Shown: positions 31,424 to 40,660 of the stretch, one piece after another
Numbering within the stretch: the first letter of the stretch is position 1
Layout of the letters: each line of letters opens with the position of its first letter
Source of the DNA: an uncultured Rhodospirillaceae bacterium
Lineage (GTDB): Bacteria > Pseudomonadota > Alphaproteobacteria > SP197
Assembly (NCBI GenBank): GCA_937880925.1
Contig: CALGGB010000138.1
Location: 1 to 60,942 of the forward strand
Direction of reading: 5' to 3'
Length of the DNA stretch: 60,942 bases
Notes under the pieces: model-generated
Databases searched by the model: none
What the model saw: only the letters and a program-made list of their open reading frames with translations
Told to the model about the DNA's origin: nothing
Made by a program: the position numbers and the translations under genes

Positions 31424-32232
31424 GCTGCCCGCCCGAGGTAGTTCCGCCGGGTTGCCTCGGGGAACACCATGCCCGGCTCGACATGGTAGCTGAAGATCAC
31501 CTGCAGGCGCGTCACCGCACCCTCGACCGGCGTGACATGGTGCAGCGACCAGCGGCCGCGGAAGATGCTGAGCATGCCGGCCTTGAGATCCGGCGTGACG
31601 ACATGCTCGCGCTCTCCCCGATAGATGTCCGCGATGGTCCCGAAGTTCTCATCCTGTGGCGAGGCGACCGGAGCGTATTCGAAACGGCCGCCGGACTCCG
31701 GCTCCTGCAGAAGCAGGGTGACGGAGAAGTCGTTGCCGTCGACGTGCCAGCCGTGCGTATCGCCCGGATGCAAGACGCTGATGTTGCAGGACAGCAGCGG
31801 ATCGGCGGTACGATGGAGCGTGGCGTTGCCGGTCAGTGCGCCGATCAGGCGGGTCAGGCCGTCCCAGTGGTAGATACGCTTGATGCCGCCGCCCGATGGC
31901 AGGTCGTCGTAGCTCACCAGGTTCATGCGGAACGGGCTGGTGTGGCGCACCGGATGATCGGGCGGAAAACTGTCGAGATTTGCGCGGTGGCGACCGTAGG
32001 CAATGTCCTCGTGGTCCTGCCGGTGGGCGCAGGGCACCAGTGCCGTGGCTTCCGCGGCAAGCCGGGCGGCAATGCCGGGACGCAGGAAACCGGGCAGGGA
32101 GCACAGTCCCGTGGAATCAAGCCGTTCCCGCCCGCGCGCGACCAGCGCCCGTGCCTGCGGCGTCTCCAGGTCGGTGACGGGATAACGGTCGAGATCGACG
32201 AGCTCGGCGATGTCATGGGTTGTCGTGGTCAT
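31420..32232 (-). CDS. 2OG-Fe(II) oxygenase superfamily protein
   Basis: ORF 31420..32286, with the start moved to ATG 32232. It has the candidate facial triad H-x-D in HGWHVDGND and a distal His in RWSLHHVTPV. The size is about 270 aa. Confidence 0.55.
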   Translation of the reverse strand: MTTTTHDIAELVDLDRYPVTDLETPQARALVARGRERLDSTGLCSLPGFLRPGIAARLAAEATALVPCAHRQDHEDIAYGRHRANLDSFPPDHPVRHTSPFRMNLVSYDDLPSGGGIKRIYHWDGLTRLIGALTGNATLHRTADPLLSCNISVLHPGDTHGWHVDGNDFSVTLLLQEPESGGRFEYAPVASPQDENFGTIADIYRGEREHVVTPDLKAGMLSIFRGRWSLHHVTPVEGAVTRLQVIFSYHVEPGMVFPEATRRNYLGRAA

Positions 32233-32373
32233 GGCGGCCCCCCGGACGGGACGCCAGCCGTCCCGCGCCGTCGATTGGCATAGCAAGGTCCATGGTCGGG
32301 CGCCAGTGAGGCCTTCGGGCCCCAGGTTGCCTGGCTGGCGGTGCTGACCGGCTCCGTCGCAGTTGCGACGGCG

Positions 32374-33936
32374 TCAGTCCAGGTGCACGACTGGTGCGGT
32401 GGTGCCGCTGGTCCGCGCCAGTGGCCTGAAGAACAGCACCAACGGGATCGTGGCCGCCGTGATGACCGCCATCAGCATGAAGTCGTCGAGGTAGGCGTTG
32501 GTTTCGGCCTGTGCCGTGATCGCGCTGTTCAGCGTCACCAGCCCGGTCGTGGTCGAAAGGTTCCAGGCCGCGCCGCTGCCAAGCCATTGCAGACCCAGGT
32601 TGAAGGGATGGGCGGCTTCCGCGAGAGCCGCGTGATTGATCTGCGTGTTGCGCGCCAGCAGGGTGACGACGATGGAAATGCCGATGCTGGAGCCGATGTT
32701 GCGCATCAGGCTGTACATCGACGCCCCTTCCGTGCGGAAGCGCGGCGCAAGTGTGCTGAAGGCGATGGTGCTCAGCGGCACGAAGACAAACCCCAGGCCC
32801 AGGCCCTGCACGATTCCGGTCTGCACGATCAGGGAAACCGGCACCTGAGAGGTGAAGCGGGTCATCTGCAGCAGCGAGCCCGCGATCAGGATCAGGCCGA
32901 GGATGATCAGGAAACGCGCGTCGACCCTGCCGATCAGGCGTCCGACGATGAACATCGCAACCATGGTGCCGATGCCGCGCGGAGCCAGGACGTATCCTGT
33001 CAGCAGCACGGGAAAGCCGGAGAGGCCCTCCAGGAACGGCGGCAGCAGGGCAAGGGTGGCGAGCAGGATGATACCGACCACGAAGATCATCACCAGGCCC
33101 AGGGAGAAATTGCGATCCATGAACAGGGCGGGCTCGATGAAGGGCGTGCGGCTGGTCGTGATGTGGACCAGAAACATGTAGAGGCCGAGCAGAAAGAGCA
33201 CGCATTCGATGACGATCTCGCGGGAGTTGAACCAGTCCTGCGACTGGCCGCGATCGAGCATGAACTGCAGCGCGCCGATGGCGATGGCAAGCAGGGTGAA
33301 GCCGAAGACATCGAATTTCCGGGCGCTCTCGATTGGCGTCTCGCGCACGAAACTGAGGATGCCGAGGAGTGCCAGCAGGCCAAACGGCAGGTTGATGTAG
33401 AAGACCCAGCGCCAGCTGAAATCGGCGGTCAGGTAGCCGCCCAGCGTGGGGCCCAGGATCGGGCCGACCATCACGCCGATGCCCCAGAGGGCCATGGCCT
33501 GGCCATGTTTTTCCTTGGGGTAGGTATCGAGCAGCACGGACTGGGAGAGCGGCACCAGACCCGCGCCGAACACGCCCTGCAGCATGCGGAAGGCGATGAT
33601 CTGCTCCAGCGAGGTCGCCGCGCCGCACAGCATGGAAGAGAGCACGAAGCCGGCGACCGCCACGGCGAAGATGCGCTTGCGTCCGAAACGGGCGGCCATG
33701 AAACCGGTCAGCGGCGTCGCGATGGCCGCGGCCACGATGTAGGAGGTCAGCACCCAGGAAATCTGGTCCTGGGTTGCCGACATGCTGCCCTGTATGTGGG
33801 GCAGGGCGACGTTGGCGATCGTGGTGTCGAGCGCCTGCATGACCGTGGCCAGCATGATCGAGACGGTGATCAGGGCGCGGTTGGAGACCGCGCTGCGGGC
33901 CGTGCGTCCGGCGGTTGTGGCTGGTGGTGCGTTCAC
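32374..33936 (-). CDS. emrB: DHA2-family MFS multidrug efflux transporter (EmrB/QacA type)
   Basis: 520-aa ORF with a 14-helix-type profile, the N-terminal block MQALDTTIANVALPHIQGS and LTGFMAARFGRKRIF. The GTG start at 33936 overlaps the upstream stop (GTGA). Confidence 0.88.
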   Translation of the reverse strand: MNAPPATTAGRTARSAVSNRALITVSIMLATVMQALDTTIANVALPHIQGSMSATQDQISWVLTSYIVAAAIATPLTGFMAARFGRKRIFAVAVAGFVLSSMLCGAATSLEQIIAFRMLQGVFGAGLVPLSQSVLLDTYPKEKHGQAMALWGIGVMVGPILGPTLGGYLTADFSWRWVFYINLPFGLLALLGILSFVRETPIESARKFDVFGFTLLAIAIGALQFMLDRGQSQDWFNSREIVIECVLFLLGLYMFLVHITTSRTPFIEPALFMDRNFSLGLVMIFVVGIILLATLALLPPFLEGLSGFPVLLTGYVLAPRGIGTMVAMFIVGRLIGRVDARFLIILGLILIAGSLLQMTRFTSQVPVSLIVQTGIVQGLGLGFVFVPLSTIAFSTLAPRFRTEGASMYSLMRNIGSSIGISIVVTLLARNTQINHAALAEAAHPFNLGLQWLGSGAAWNLSTTTGLVTLNSAITAQAETNAYLDDFMLMAVITAATIPLVLFFRPLARTSGTTAPVVHLD

Positions 33937-35084
33937 GGGGCGGGATTGCCGCCAAGCAGGCGCGCCAGGGCGTCAAGACCCCAGGGCAGGCTGCGGCTGT
34001 GACCGGTGTCGATCGACACCAGCGCGCTCATGCCGGCGCGCAGGGGGGTATCGGCGTCGGTGCCGTCCAGGGCGATACGCACCTCCAGGCGCTGGACGAC
34101 CTTGACCCAGTTGCCGCTGGCGTTCTGGGCCGGAAGCACCGACAGCACCGACCCCGTTGCCTGGCTGATGCTCTCGACCGTGCCCGTGAAGCTGTGATCG
34201 GGGTAGGCGTCGATTGCGATCGTGACGGCCTGGCCCTCGCGCACGTTGGTCAGGTCTGTCTCCTTGAGGTTGGCATCAATCCACATCTGCGTGTCGCCGA
34301 TCAGCGCCAGTGCGGGGGCGCCGGCATCGAGGTGCTGTCCGGGATGGGGGACGTTGGACACGCTGCCGGGGAAGGGAGCGTAGATCTGCGTATGCGCCAG
34401 GTTGAGCCGGGCCTCGTCCAGTGCGGCCTGGGCGGCCAGCACCGTGGGGTGGTCGTTGGTCGCGATGTCGGGATCGCCGTTGAGTTTGGCGATGATGCCG
34501 GCGATCTCCTGGTCGAGCACATCAACGCCGCGCCGCGCGCTATCACGCTCGTGGGCTGCCGTTTCCAGAACGGTGTCGGAGACATCGCCGCTGTCGGCCA
34601 GGCTTTGCTTCCGTGCGTACTGGTCCTGGGCATAGGCGGCGGTGTTCCTGGCCTGGGCGAGCTGCTGGCGCACCTGGCTCAGGGTAGCCTTCAGCGCTTC
34701 GACCGTGGCGCGCGCAATGGAGAGATTGGCCTCTGCGTGGGCGACGGCGATGCGGAAGGCGCCATCATCCAGCCCGAACAGCAGGTCACCGGTTTCAACA
34801 TGCTGGTTCTCTTCCACCACCACGGTCGCGACGTTGCCGGTGACCTGCGGTGCGATCAGCACATGGTTGGCCGCGACATAGGCATCGTCGGTCCCGACAT
34901 AGCGCCCGCCGGTGGCGTAGTAGGCAAAACCGGCCACCAGCACCACCACGGGACCAAGGGTCAGCAGGATGGTGCGCAGCCATCGCCGTTGCCGCCGCGG
35001 CGCAGCTTCGGCTGCGGGCTGCGGCTCCGGGTCGGGTGTACTGGTTGCGGTCGCGTCCTTGTTGTCACCGGAGGAATCGTCCAC
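33933..35084 (-). CDS. emrA: HlyD-family membrane fusion protein (EmrA type)
   Basis: ORF 33933..35210. I prefer GTG 35084, which lies 1 nt after the MarR stop codon (TGAcGTG). It has a single N-terminal TM (ILLTLGPVVVLVAGFAYYA), a coiled-coil region and barrel-sandwich blocks (YVAANHVLIAPQVTGNV, AVTIAIDAYP). Confidence 0.82.
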   Translation of the reverse strand: MDDSSGDNKDATATSTPDPEPQPAAEAAPRRQRRWLRTILLTLGPVVVLVAGFAYYATGGRYVGTDDAYVAANHVLIAPQVTGNVATVVVEENQHVETGDLLFGLDDGAFRIAVAHAEANLSIARATVEALKATLSQVRQQLAQARNTAAYAQDQYARKQSLADSGDVSDTVLETAAHERDSARRGVDVLDQEIAGIIAKLNGDPDIATNDHPTVLAAQAALDEARLNLAHTQIYAPFPGSVSNVPHPGQHLDAGAPALALIGDTQMWIDANLKETDLTNVREGQAVTIAIDAYPDHSFTGTVESISQATGSVLSVLPAQNASGNWVKVVQRLEVRIALDGTDADTPLRAGMSALVSIDTGHSRSLPWGLDALARLLGGNPAP

Positions 35085-35085
35085 G

Positions 35086-35568
35086 TCAGGAATCCTGTCC
35101 GCCCGCTGGGCCTTGCGACACACCGCCCGACAGCGTCGAGGGTGCATTGAGATTGACCTTGATGCGCTCGAGCACCTGGACCGTGGCAAGCCGTTCGCTG
35201 GCGCTGACACCTTCCAGGATCTCTTCGGTCAGACTATCGGCCTGCCGCCAGAGTTCGTCGATGATTGGAATCGCCTTTTCGGTCAGATGCAGTCGCTGGG
35301 CGCGCCTGTCGGCGGGGTCGGTGCGTCGCTCGACCAGTTCCAGCTCCTCAAGGCGGTCGACCAGGCGGATCACGGTCATCGGCTTGATCTCCAGTTCCTC
35401 GGCAAGCTGGTTCTGGCGCAGGTTGCCGTCACGCGACAGCTTGGCCAGGGCCCGCCACTGCGCCTGGGTGAGGCCCAGTGGCTGCAGACGGCGGTTGAAC
35501 TCGGCACGCATCAGGCGCGTGACGTCGATCATGAGGGCGCCGAAGCGCGGTTCTTTGCGAATGTTCAT
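35086..35568 (-). CDS. MarR-family transcriptional regulator (first gene of the emrRAB-like operon)
   Basis: 160-aa ORF with the winged-helix blocks LGLTQAQWRALAKL, QNQLAEELEIKPMTVIRLVDRLEE and DPADRRAQRLHLTEKA. Confidence 0.9.
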   Translation of the reverse strand: MNIRKEPRFGALMIDVTRLMRAEFNRRLQPLGLTQAQWRALAKLSRDGNLRQNQLAEELEIKPMTVIRLVDRLEELELVERRTDPADRRAQRLHLTEKAIPIIDELWRQADSLTEEILEGVSASERLATVQVLERIKVNLNAPSTLSGGVSQGPAGGQDS

Positions 35569-35579
35569 AAGGGATACTT

Positions 35580-35609
35580 ACTATAAGTCTGCTTTCGAGT
35601 TGGTCGCAA
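35580..35609 (-). promoter_or_regulatory. Candidate sigma70-type promoter of the marR-emrAB operon with an overlapping palindromic operator
   Basis: On the minus strand there is TTGCGA (35609..35604), an 18-nt spacer and TATAGT (35585..35580). The -10 lies only 11 nt before the ATG, so the leader is very short. The perfect palindrome ACTTA-N3-TAAGT (35576..35588) overlaps the -10. Confidence 0.4.
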
Positions 35610-35745
35610 AGAGCCGTTTTGCATGGACACATTGCGCATGGCTGCCGTGCCCTGGATGCATGCGACCGCTGCGCCGGGTGCGGTTCCCGTGTCGACAGGC
35701 GCGCCGGGGCCGTTCTAGTGTCGCGCCATCCCGCGCGGACCTGCC

Positions 35746-37401
35746 ATGACCGACCGACTTGCCATTGCGCTTGCCCAGATCAACCCGACCGTGGGCGCGG
35801 TCGCTGCCAATGCCGACAAGGTTCTGGCGGCGCGAAGCACGGCTGCCGGGCAGGGCGCCGACCTGATGGTGACGCCGGAGCTTGTCATCAACGGCTACCC
35901 GCCCGAGGACCTGGTGCTGCGTCCTGCCTTCCAGGAGCAGGTGGAGGAGGCCGTGGCACGTCTGGCGCAGGCAACCGGCGATGGCGGGCCGGCGATCCTG
36001 CTGGGCGCAACCCACCGCAAGGACGGCAGCCTCTATAACGCGGTTTATCTGCTCGATGAGGGCGGGGTCCGCCATATCCGGCACAAGCACGACCTCCCCA
36101 ACTACGGCGTCTTCGACGAGAAGCGTGTCTTCACCGCGGGGCCACTGCCCGGCCCTATCCCGTTCCGCGACGTGCTGCTGGGCGCCCTGGTCTGTGAAGA
36201 CATGTGGAAGCCCGACGTTGCCGAATGCCTGGAGGAAAATGGCGCCGACATCCTGATCGTGCCCAACGGTTCGCCCTACGACATCATCAACATCGAAGCG
36301 CGTCTGATGCAGGCGGTTGCCCGGGTCACCGAAACCGGACTGCCGCTGATCTACGTCAACCAGGTCGGCGGTCAGGACGAGCTGGTCTTCGACGGCGCCT
36401 CCTTCGTGCTCGATGCCGGGCGCAATCTGCGCTGCCAGCTTGCCGCCTGGGAAGAGGGCGTGGTCACGACGCATTGGACGCGCGGCGAGGACGGCTGGAG
36501 CTGCGCGCCCGCGGCCATCGCCCCGGAGACCGGCCGCTGGGAGATGATCTACCGCGCCATGGTGACGGGCCTTGCCGATTACGTCGGCAAGAATGGCTTT
36601 CCCGGAGTCCTGATCGGCATGTCGGGCGGTATCGACTCGGCGCTCACCGCGGCGGTTGCTGTCGATGCGCTCGGCCCCGACAAGGTCCACTGTGTGATGA
36701 TGCCCTCACGCTACACCAGCCAGGAGAGCCTGGACGATGCGGCGGCATGTTCGGCCATGCTGGGCGCGCGCCTCGATAGTGTTTCCATCGGCCCCGCTGT
36801 GGAGGCTTACGGCACGATGCTGGCCGATCTCTTCGCCGGTACCGCGCCCAACGAGGCCGAGGAGAACATCCAGGCCCGCGCCCGCGGCATGACCCTGATG
36901 GCACTTTCCAACAAGTTCGGCCACATGGTGCTCTCCACGGGAAACAAGTCGGAGATGTCGGTCGGCTACGCCACGCTCTATGGCGACATGTGCGGCGGCT
37001 ATTCCGTGCTGAAGGATGTCTACAAAACGACCGTCTATGCTCTTTCGGAATGGCGCAACAAGCACCGCCCCGATGGCCTGAAGGGCCCGGAGGGCATGGT
37101 CATCCCGCGCAACATCATCGACAAGGCGCCCACGGCCGAGCTGAAGGACAACCAGAAGGACCAGGACACCCTGCCGCCCTACGACGTGCTGGACGATATC
37201 CTGGAGAGCCTGGTTGAGAACGAGATGACCTTCCATGCAATCGAGGAACGCGGCCACGACCGCGCGCTGGTCGAGCGTATCTGGGCCATGCTGCTGCGCG
37301 CCGAGTACAAGCGCCGCCAGGCCCCGCCGGGGGTGAAGATCACCGCGCGCGCATTCGGTCGCGACCGGCGTTATCCCATCACCAACCGGTTCCGGAGCTG
37401 A
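35746..37401 (+). CDS. nadE: Glutamine-dependent NAD+ synthetase
   Basis: 551-aa ORF. It has an N-terminal CN-hydrolase (glutaminase) domain ([16 protein letters not shown]). The C-terminal NAD synthetase domain carries the PP-loop GMSGGIDSA. Confidence 0.93.
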   Translation: MTDRLAIALAQINPTVGAVAANADKVLAARSTAAGQGADLMVTPELVINGYPPEDLVLRPAFQEQVEEAVARLAQATGDGGPAILLGATHRKDGSLYNAVYLLDEGGVRHIRHKHDLPNYGVFDEKRVFTAGPLPGPIPFRDVLLGALVCEDMWKPDVAECLEENGADILIVPNGSPYDIINIEARLMQAVARVTETGLPLIYVNQVGGQDELVFDGASFVLDAGRNLRCQLAAWEEGVVTTHWTRGEDGWSCAPAAIAPETGRWEMIYRAMVTGLADYVGKNGFPGVLIGMSGGIDSALTAAVAVDALGPDKVHCVMMPSRYTSQESLDDAAACSAMLGARLDSVSIGPAVEAYGTMLADLFAGTAPNEAEENIQARARGMTLMALSNKFGHMVLSTGNKSEMSVGYATLYGDMCGGYSVLKDVYKTTVYALSEWRNKHRPDGLKGPEGMVIPRNIIDKAPTAELKDNQKDQDTLPPYDVLDDILESLVENEMTFHAIEERGHDRALVERIWAMLLRAEYKRRQAPPGVKITARAFGRDRRYPITNRFRS

Positions 37402-38744
37402 TGGCAGGCGCCGTCACCCGCTTTGCGCCGAGTCCGACCGGGCGCCTCCATGTCGGCAACATGCGCACGGCACTCATCAACTGGCTGTTTGCGCGCAAGG
37501 CCGGTGGCCGCTTCATCCTGCGCCTGGACGACACCGATGCCGAACGCTCGACCGAGGCCTTCGCCCAGGGCATCCGCGAGGACATGGCCTGGCTGGCGCT
37601 TTCCTGGGACGCAGAGGAACGCCAGTCGGCGCGCTTTTCGCGCTACGAAGCCGCCCGTGCCGATCTTGTCGCGGCGGGCCGGCTCTATCCCTGCTACGAG
37701 ACTCCCGAGGAGCTGGACACCCAGCGCGGCCTGATGCGCGCGCGCGGTCGGGCACCGGTCTATGATCGCGCCGGGCTGAAGCTGTCGGCGCAGCAGCGCG
37801 CGGAGCTGGAGGCACAGGGCAGGGCGCCCCACTGGCGCTTTCGCCTCAGCGATGAAGCCGTCGCCTTCGAGGACCTGATTCGCGGCCCCGTGCGCTTCGA
37901 GGCGGGACATGTGAGCGATCCCGTCCTGATCCGCGCCGACGGCGTGCCGACCTATACGCTGGCCTCCGTGGTCGACGACATGGACTTCGGTGTCAGTCAT
38001 GTCATCAGGGGCGAGGACCACGTCGCCAACACGGCGGTGCAGGTCGAGCTGATCGCCGCTCTGGGCGGTGCCGACATCGCCTTTGCGCATCATCCCTTCC
38101 TGGTCGCCGCCGACGGCGAGGGGCTTTCCAAGCGCAAGGGCAGCGCGGCCATCGCCGAACTGCGTGAGGCCGGGGTGGAGGCTATGGCGCTCGTCTCCTG
38201 GCTTGCCCGCATCGGGACCTCGGACGCCATCGAGCCGGCCTATGCGATGGCCGATCTGATCGAAAGCTTCGATCTGGCCAAGATCTCGCGCAATCCGCCG
38301 CACTACGAGCCGGGCGACGTCGCCGCCCTGTCGCGCCGCTGGCTGCATGGCGCACCCTGGGAGTCGGTTGCCGAAAGTCTGGATGTGCTGGGGCTTGCCA
38401 GGGCCGGGGAGGCCTTCTGGATCGCCGTGCGCGGCAACCTCGAGCGGCTGGAGGACGTGTGCGACTGGTGGGCGGTCTGCACCGCGCCGCTGCAGCCGCG
38501 CATCGAGGATGCCGACTTTGCCGCCACGGCCGCGGACCTCTTGCCGCCCGAACCCTGGGACGCGGAAACCTGGAAGACCTGGACCGCTGCGGTCAGAGAG
38601 GCGACCGGAACCAGGGGCAAGGCGCTGTTCCTGCCCCTGCGCCTGGCGCTCACCGGCCGCGAGCATGGGCCGGAACTCGCCGCGCTGCTGCCCTTCATCG
38701 GGCGCGCGCGCGTTCTGGCGCGGCTTGCCGGAGAGAAGGCTTAG
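37401..38744 (+). CDS. gltX: Glutamate--tRNA ligase (short, about 447 aa form)
   Basis: It has the class I motifs [11 protein letters not shown] (HIGH) and GLSKRKGS (KMSKS). The ATG overlaps the nadE TGA (ATGA at 37399..37403). Confidence 0.92.
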   Translation: MAGAVTRFAPSPTGRLHVGNMRTALINWLFARKAGGRFILRLDDTDAERSTEAFAQGIREDMAWLALSWDAEERQSARFSRYEAARADLVAAGRLYPCYETPEELDTQRGLMRARGRAPVYDRAGLKLSAQQRAELEAQGRAPHWRFRLSDEAVAFEDLIRGPVRFEAGHVSDPVLIRADGVPTYTLASVVDDMDFGVSHVIRGEDHVANTAVQVELIAALGGADIAFAHHPFLVAADGEGLSKRKGSAAIAELREAGVEAMALVSWLARIGTSDAIEPAYAMADLIESFDLAKISRNPPHYEPGDVAALSRRWLHGAPWESVAESLDVLGLARAGEAFWIAVRGNLERLEDVCDWWAVCTAPLQPRIEDADFAATAADLLPPEPWDAETWKTWTAAVREATGTRGKALFLPLRLALTGREHGPELAALLPFIGRARVLARLAGEKA

Positions 38745-39253
38745 TCGGCCCGCTTGTCGCCGGTAACCATGGCGCGTGCCAGGTTCTCGTGGTGAACGAG
38801 GCTGGCCAGCAACACGCCGCCGATGTGGAGGGCGACCACGGCGATGGCGATGTTGCCCAGGCTCTCGTGGACCTCTTCCAGCAGGTGATTGCCGGCATCG
38901 CCCTCGATGCCGGTCCAGACGACGATGCCGGTGAGCACGAGCAGCAATACGGTCATGGCGCCTCCCGCCGGGCTATGGCCCAGGTAGCGCTTGCCGCGAA
39001 AGTGCACGAGGTCTTTGAGATAGGACCAGACCCGTGCGGGTTTGTAGATGAAGTCCGTGAATCGCGCATGGCGGGTCCCCGCGAAGCCCCAGAGGATGCG
39101 CGCGCCGACGACCGCGAGGGCCACGTAGCCCGCGCCGATATGTACGGTCATCAGGTCGTCGCCGGTGAGCCATGCGACCAGGAAGGCCGCAGCCAGGGTC
39201 CAGTGCAGAATGCGGACCAGGGGATCCCAGACCCGGACGGTGCTTGTCGCCAT
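38741..39253 (-). CDS. Cytochrome b561-family / Ni-Fe hydrogenase b-type cytochrome-like membrane protein
   Basis: ORF 38741..39274, with the start moved to ATG 39253. It has a four-helix profile with conserved His positions ([27 protein letters not shown]). Confidence 0.75.
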   Translation of the reverse strand: MATSTVRVWDPLVRILHWTLAAAFLVAWLTGDDLMTVHIGAGYVALAVVGARILWGFAGTRHARFTDFIYKPARVWSYLKDLVHFRGKRYLGHSPAGGAMTVLLLVLTGIVVWTGIEGDAGNHLLEEVHESLGNIAIAVVALHIGGVLLASLVHHENLARAMVTGDKRAD

Positions 39254-39338
39254 GATGTTGCCCTCTGCAAGCAAGCCCCCTGGATAGAGCGGCTTGCTTA
39301 CCGGAGCCTGACGGCGGGCGGGCGCACCCCGAAACGCA

Positions 39339-39370
39339 GATCGCCGCCGTCCTTTCGAACGGCGGCGATC
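39339..39370 (-). terminator. Candidate intrinsic terminator after the 39396..40331 gene
   Basis: A perfect 12-bp stem GATCGCCGCCGT / ACGGCGGCGATC with an 8-nt loop lies 26 nt downstream of the stop. On the minus strand it is followed by TGCGTTTC, a weak T tract. Confidence 0.5.
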
Positions 39371-39395
39371 CGGCAGGCGGATCTGACGACAGACC

Positions 39396-40331
39396 TTAGC
39401 GCCAGCGGGAGAGCATCACGAATTCGGTGCCCTCGTCGCGATGACGACCGCCGACACCAGCGGCCCACCAGGCACCCACGGCTGAGATCAGCATCGTTGC
39501 CGCGGTCAGGAACGCGATCAGAATGCCCATCTTCCGGGCGGCCTCAGCGGCTTCCAGGGCCGCCTGCTCGGCGGCCTGAATCTCGGCCACGGCGGCATCG
39601 ATGCGCTGCGCGGCTTCCGCCTCGGAGAGGCCCGTGCGGGCGGCGATCAGCCGGGCGGCATAGGCCCGGTCGTCGTCGGTGAGGCCGTCCTCGTCCGTTG
39701 CCCGGACCAGGATGTTGCCGAGTTCAACACGGCTCTGCTGGGCCGTCGGCATGCGCACGGTGGCCGTGCTGCCGTCAGTCGTGGCGGCATCGGGGGCAGG
39801 CTGGCGCAGCAGGCTGTCGAGGGTGTAGCCCAACGGGTCCGCACTCTCATCGATGGCGCCAACGATTCCGGCTGCAGCGCCGGAGCTGACGGTCGCGGCG
39901 GCTTCGACGCCGGTACGGGTGGCGCTGACGACGCCGCTTGCCGCAAGCAGGGCGCCGACAAGAGCGCCCAGGGCCCAGACCATCAGGCCGTGGCTGCCGT
40001 CGCGCACGTCGGATTCATGCGGCGTGCCTTCGAACAGGCGGCGACGCATGCGACCGGCGAGATATCCGCCGGCCATGAAGCTCGAAACCGCGACCCAGAT
40101 GAACCAGATGCTGGCTGCGATGACGAAGAAGAGCGGCGAAGGATTCTCGGCATCCAGGGGCGAAGCGAGCGAAAGCCCAATCGCCGACCCGAAGGTGAAA
40201 AAGATGAAGGAAATCGCCGCAGCCAGAACGGCCCCGGCAATGATGGCGGCCCAGTCGATATAGGAACCCTGGTCGGACGATCTTCCCTGTCCGACGACGG
40301 CGACATCGACTTCCGATGCTGGAAGTGTCAT
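39396..40331 (-). CDS. Hypothetical polytopic membrane protein
   Basis: 311-aa ORF preceded by GGGAGA. It has N-terminal hydrophobic helices ([49 protein letters not shown]), an Ala-rich central region and a C-terminal TM ([23 protein letters not shown]). No family recognised. Confidence 0.6.
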   Translation of the reverse strand: MTLPASEVDVAVVGQGRSSDQGSYIDWAAIIAGAVLAAAISFIFFTFGSAIGLSLASPLDAENPSPLFFVIAASIWFIWVAVSSFMAGGYLAGRMRRRLFEGTPHESDVRDGSHGLMVWALGALVGALLAASGVVSATRTGVEAAATVSSGAAAGIVGAIDESADPLGYTLDSLLRQPAPDAATTDGSTATVRMPTAQQSRVELGNILVRATDEDGLTDDDRAYAARLIAARTGLSEAEAAQRIDAAVAEIQAAEQAALEAAEAARKMGILIAFLTAATMLISAVGAWWAAGVGGRHRDEGTEFVMLSRWR

Positions 40332-40343
40332 TGCCTGTCTCCC

Positions 40344-40418
40344 TCAGCGCATGCCGAGAAAGGACAGGATGGCCAGGATCACGACGACCAGGCCGACGAG
40401 ATAGATGATTGCGTTCAT
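40344..40418 (-). CDS. Candidate 24-aa hydrophobic membrane peptide (below the ORF-track cutoff)
   Basis: My own translation of the minus strand gives ATG AAC GCA ATC ATC TAT CTC GTC GGC CTG GTC GTC GTG ATC CTG GCC ATC CTG TCC TTT CTC GGC ATG CGC TGA, which is MNAIIYLVGLVVVILAILSFLGMR. GGGGAG lies 6 nt upstream of the ATG. The stop is 12 nt before the ATG of the next membrane-protein gene. Confidence 0.45.
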   Translation of the reverse strand: MNAIIYLVGLVVVILAILSFLGMR

Positions 40419-40506
40419 GTCGGGCTCCCCATAGGTGAACGAATCATCAACGATGGAGGGGGCTCCGATGTTCCCGTCCCGCGTGCAAAGAGATGCGCGG
40501 CGTGGT

Positions 40507-40534
40507 TTGCGTCACCGGGGGAAGGGGGCTATAA
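40507..40534 (+). promoter_or_regulatory. Candidate promoter upstream of cysS
   Basis: TTGCGT (40507..40512), a 16-nt spacer and CTATAA (40529..40534). It lies about 125 nt upstream of the cysS ATG. This is a pattern match only. Confidence 0.3.
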
Positions 40535-40660
40535 GCCCGGCCATGGAGCACATCCGGTCCCATCGATGTCGCGGAGACAGCAGGCGAATTACCGCCTGAA
40601 CCGCGCTGCCTGTCCCATGGGGGCGCGGCCTGTTTCGCTTCGCATGTCCGGGGACCGACC

